Assembly: GCA_048938025.1 (NCBI GenBank)
Contig: JBHLMP010000010.1
Span: forward strand, 22,728 to 86,727
Length of the DNA: 64,000 nt
Source: Promethearchaeota archaeon
Lineage (GTDB): Archaea > Asgardarchaeota > Lokiarchaeia > Sigyniarchaeales > SOKP01
Direction of reading: 5' to 3'
The notes under the pieces are model-generated. The model had not been told where the DNA came from, did not search any database, and worked only from the letters and a program-made list of their open reading frames with translations. Below are positions 60,859-64,000 of this stretch, one piece after another (within the stretch, counting starts at the first letter, position 1; the number at the start of each line of letters is the position of its first letter). A program made the position numbers and the translations under genes.

Positions 60859-61245
60859 ATGGTTTTCCAAACTATGGGATTTTTAGAAGTATTAGCTGAT
60901 ATTTTTGGAGCAATTTTAATTTTCTTAAAACCAATAGTAGTACCTATTGGTGAATGGATGGTTGATTGGATCACTGCATCCATGGAATTTTTGAAACAAA
61001 ACTTTAGCAGTGAACTAACTATTTATATTGTAATTTTTATCATTCTAATTGTATCTGGTGTTATTATAAATATCATTTGGCCTGGTGATCGCCCGGGAAC
61101 AATATTTTCCAAAGGTTTAGATAAAATAGAAGAAAAATTCGAAGAAAAATTGGCTATTCCAGATGGAATAAGAAGATGTAAGGATTGTGGTAATCCAATT
61201 GGAGATTCTAGGGTTTGTCCTTTATGTGGGGCTGAAAATGATTAA
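60859..61245 (+). CDS. Hypothetical membrane protein with C-terminal Zn ribbon
   Basis: GAGG SD, TM helix, 'CKDC...CPLCG'. Confidence 0.75.
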   Translation: MVFQTMGFLEVLADIFGAILIFLKPIVVPIGEWMVDWITASMEFLKQNFSSELTIYIVIFIILIVSGVIINIIWPGDRPGTIFSKGLDKIEEKFEEKLAIPDGIRRCKDCGNPIGDSRVCPLCGAEND

Positions 61246-61260
61246 AATTATTTTTTATTT

Positions 61261-61350
61261 TTAATTATTAAATTTTAAGAGTAATTCTGCAACTCGTTTT
61301 CCTAAATTATAACTTATCTTTCCAGCTAATTCATCGTATTTGCCCTTTCC
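61261..61350 (-). pseudogene. Possible C-terminal remnant of a flavodoxin-like / NADPH-FMN reductase gene
   Basis: GKGKYDELAGKISYNLGKRVAELLLKFNN* resembles the terminal 'DE...A.NLGKRVAEL' helix; no start, upstream stop. Confidence 0.4.
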
Positions 61351-61501
61351 TTAATTTATAAACACTTTAAGGTTATATCTTTTATTCTTTCTCAGTGACC
61401 CAACTATTAGAGTTATTTTCATATTAATATTAAATTTTAATATTTAACTAAGGTAATTTTATACCAATAAGAGTATAATCAAAGTTCCAGAAAAAAATAA
61501 C

Positions 61502-62254
61502 ATGAAGCTAATTAAAGATAAAGTAGATTTTCAAAAAGTTAAGAAGAGTTTATTAGAGGATTTAAAGTACTATAATCAGTTTATTAAAAAAAAAATCGAG
61601 GTTGAAGATTTAAGCTCAGCATTAAATAAAGCCAAATCAGCTATTACATTAATACAAGAATATCAGAATGATTTTAATTTAGACAATGAATTATCTAAGT
61701 TTACAAAATTAAATCAAAAAATAAATTTAGAATTAAGAGAGCGAAGGAGAATTTATTTAAGGAGATATAACAATCTTTTGAAGGAGAAAATAAATGAATC
61801 CAACTTGGAAAATTTTATGAAATTATTGGCGATGTTAAAGAATGAAGTAGATAATAACTTAAATAATTATAATCTTGAAGATATTCATGATAATATTAAT
61901 AAATACTTTGTTTATATAAAACGGATATACGAGATCCTAAGTTGTTGTGACATTTTGAATTATTATGATGTTTCTGAAAAAATTATCAACTTTATTAATG
62001 ATTTAAAGTCTGAAAACTTTCCAAATTTAAAATATTTTGTAAGATCGATTTATAAGAATTTGATTACTAAGAGATTATTTGAATTTTCTAAAGAATATAA
62101 TATAATCTCAATATCTACTCTTTCTAAGAGAATGGCAATTAAACAAGAATATTTAATAAAATTTATTAATTCGCTAAAAAAACAGCCTAAAGCTCCAATT
62201 GTAGATTATAATCCTTCGGTCCAAGTTGTAACTTTTAAACAGTCAAGGATATAA
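61502..62254 (+). CDS. Hypothetical helical protein with PCI-like winged-helix C-terminus
   Basis: All-helical N-terminus; tail 'LFEFSKEYNIISISTLSKRMAI...LIKFINSL...IVDYNPSVQVVTF'. Confidence 0.65.
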   Translation: MKLIKDKVDFQKVKKSLLEDLKYYNQFIKKKIEVEDLSSALNKAKSAITLIQEYQNDFNLDNELSKFTKLNQKINLELRERRRIYLRRYNNLLKEKINESNLENFMKLLAMLKNEVDNNLNNYNLEDIHDNINKYFVYIKRIYEILSCCDILNYYDVSEKIINFINDLKSENFPNLKYFVRSIYKNLITKRLFEFSKEYNIISISTLSKRMAIKQEYLIKFINSLKKQPKAPIVDYNPSVQVVTFKQSRI

Positions 62255-62306
62255 AATTAATGTGTATTAATATGTAATCGATCTTTAACAATTAATAAAA
62301 GATTTT

Positions 62307-63227
62307 TTATAATGCGCGAAAAAAATCTGGTCTTAATACTTCAGTATGAGTTAATCCATAATTTATAACATCTAAAACCTTTTGTTTCTCACGATCTAGA
62401 ACACCACGTAAAGGAAGATAATTGCTAGCATGATTTGAGCGAAAAATGCAATTGGCATTTTTATTTTCGAATTTAATATGGTTAATAAACGTTTTTAGTT
62501 CATGTAATATTTCGATTTGGTTCATTTCCAAAAATTCTCTATTGATCTTTCTTTTAAAAATTTCTGTTCCTGGTGGGATAATAAGAGTCAAAAAAGCAAT
62601 ATACCAAATTCTATCATCTTCAGGGCAAATTTTATTTACTAAATCAGCTGATTCGTTTGCATGTTTTTGAGAAATTTCTGTATTATTTCCACCTCCAAGA
62701 CCATTTATAAAGGTTGCTGAAAGTGTAATGTTTGCTTTCATTAACTTTTTTGATGCTTCAATATAATTCTGTTTTGTAGCATGTTTATTTACATTTTTAA
62801 GTAAATCATCATAACCAGATTCAAAACCTACATAAGCAATTTTTAATCCTGCTTCTGATAATGCATTCAATTGTTCATCCGACTTCTTTAGAATATCTTT
62901 AGCGTGAGCATAAACTCCAATCCTTTCTAATTTCGGAAATATTTTCATAGCATAATTAGTGAGTTTTAAAAGTTTTTCGGTTGGTATAACCATTGCATTT
63001 CCGTCTAAAAAGAAAATTTTTCTAATATTTTTACTCCATTTTTGACGTGACCCTATCTCTAAATCTTTTTTTATATCATCTACTTCTCTAATTACAAATT
63101 TCTTACGAAGATTAGACATGCAAAAATCGCATTGGTATGTGCAACCTTCAGTTACTTGAATTAATAATGAATTTGCCTCACTAGGGGGTCTGAATACAGG
63201 TTCACAATAATAAATCTTATCTTGCAT
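62307..63227 (-). CDS. Radical SAM protein
   Basis: 'PVFRPPSEANSLLIQVTEGCTYQCDFC' (CxxxCxxC), 'YVGFESG', 'FRSNHASNYLPL'. Confidence 0.92.
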   Translation of the reverse strand: MQDKIYYCEPVFRPPSEANSLLIQVTEGCTYQCDFCMSNLRKKFVIREVDDIKKDLEIGSRQKWSKNIRKIFFLDGNAMVIPTEKLLKLTNYAMKIFPKLERIGVYAHAKDILKKSDEQLNALSEAGLKIAYVGFESGYDDLLKNVNKHATKQNYIEASKKLMKANITLSATFINGLGGGNNTEISQKHANESADLVNKICPEDDRIWYIAFLTLIIPPGTEIFKRKINREFLEMNQIEILHELKTFINHIKFENKNANCIFRSNHASNYLPLRGVLDREKQKVLDVINYGLTHTEVLRPDFFRAL

Positions 63228-63274
63228 TGGTATTTTTTTAATAAATTTATTTTGGAATTACCAAAGCCATTTAG

Positions 63275-63970
63275 TTATTCCTCATCATTTTCTTCATTGT
63301 TACCTTCAGGTCTATTAGGACAAGATAGTAAATGCCGTCCAAGTCTAACAAATTCTTTCCCACAATAAGGACATTTCTGCTTCTCTTTTGAAACAGTTTC
63401 ACCTGACTCTTCTTTTGTTGTAGGTTTTTTCTTTCTTTTCTTTTTTGCTCTTGCTGGCAAAACATCTTCAACACTAGCATCATCAGGAGCAAATTCACAA
63501 GATTGAATGTGCGAAGCTAAATCTTCGAATAACTCACCGCAAAAAGGGCATTCAATCTCCCCAAATTCTTCAGAATCTTCTATATCTGCTTTCCCAGCTT
63601 TTCTTTTCTCGAATTTTAGAGGAATTTCTTCATCTTCTTCCTCGAATTCATCAATAGTTAAATCGATTTCCTCATCTGCTTGTATTTCAGCTATTTCAAA
63701 TTCTTCTAATTCAATCTTTTTATCTTTGATTTTTTTTTCTGCCACTTTTCTGCTTTCGTCATATATCTCAGATATCTTTTTATTTGTTTGAGAATATAAA
63801 ATGCAAACTTGACAAACATATGCTCTTGTTCCGAGCACTAGATCTCTTTCTGGACAAAAACATAATGGTTGTAAGCTATTGGAAATATCACCTTTAGGAG
63901 TGAGGTACTTACAAGCTAATTTCCTTGAATATTTAATTTTTTGTTTCCTACGTGGAATTTTGATCACCAA
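63275..63970 (-). CDS. Hypothetical protein with Cys-rich N-terminus, acidic tract and two C2HC zinc fingers
   Basis: 'CPFCGELFEDLASHIQSC' and 'CPYCGKEFVRLGRHLLSC', with basic tract KKKRKKK. Confidence 0.75.
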   Translation of the reverse strand: MVIKIPRRKQKIKYSRKLACKYLTPKGDISNSLQPLCFCPERDLVLGTRAYVCQVCILYSQTNKKISEIYDESRKVAEKKIKDKKIELEEFEIAEIQADEEIDLTIDEFEEEDEEIPLKFEKRKAGKADIEDSEEFGEIECPFCGELFEDLASHIQSCEFAPDDASVEDVLPARAKKKRKKKPTTKEESGETVSKEKQKCPYCGKEFVRLGRHLLSCPNRPEGNNEENDEE

Positions 63971-64000
63971 AAGAAGTATTTAATATAATATTTCTTAAAA

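Overview
Ordinary chromosomal DNA from a very AT-rich archaeon, most likely an Asgard archaeon of the Lokiarchaeia. This is inferred from archaeal PheRS/RadA/AOR/DUF1512, Loki-CTERM-like sorting tails, a roadblock-Rab-like GTPase fusion, a longin-like membrane protein and a Vps29-like protein. Left to right the window holds: a surface-glycan locus (flippase fragment, GT4/GT2, gmd, FkbM methyltransferase, tagD/tagF-like pair), bacterial-type RNase PH, pheS-pheT-pheA, PPAT, DUF1512, an AOR/acyl-CoA ligase/SCP2 cluster, PPDK, TyrRS, Vps29-like protein, Fe-ADH, a long LRR protein, hutU-hutH-hutI plus formiminotransferase, a U32 protein, glycosylation genes, LarA, dCMP deaminase, PGI, RadA, a 1553-aa receptor-like protein, AcdB, the GTPase fusion, a P-type ATPase and several hypothetical genes. 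The best finding is absent from the ORF track: a 122-codon frame at 59201..59569 with one in-frame TGA, followed immediately by a eukaryote-type SECIS-like hairpin (AUGA..AA..GA). This is a candidate unannotated selenoprotein. Other notable observations are an FkbM cassette bracketed by two diverged copies of the gmd 3' end, and several genes that appear to start at ATT/ATA/CTG. I saw no rRNA, tRNA, CRISPR array or transposase. All family calls come from motif recognition by eye, not database searches.
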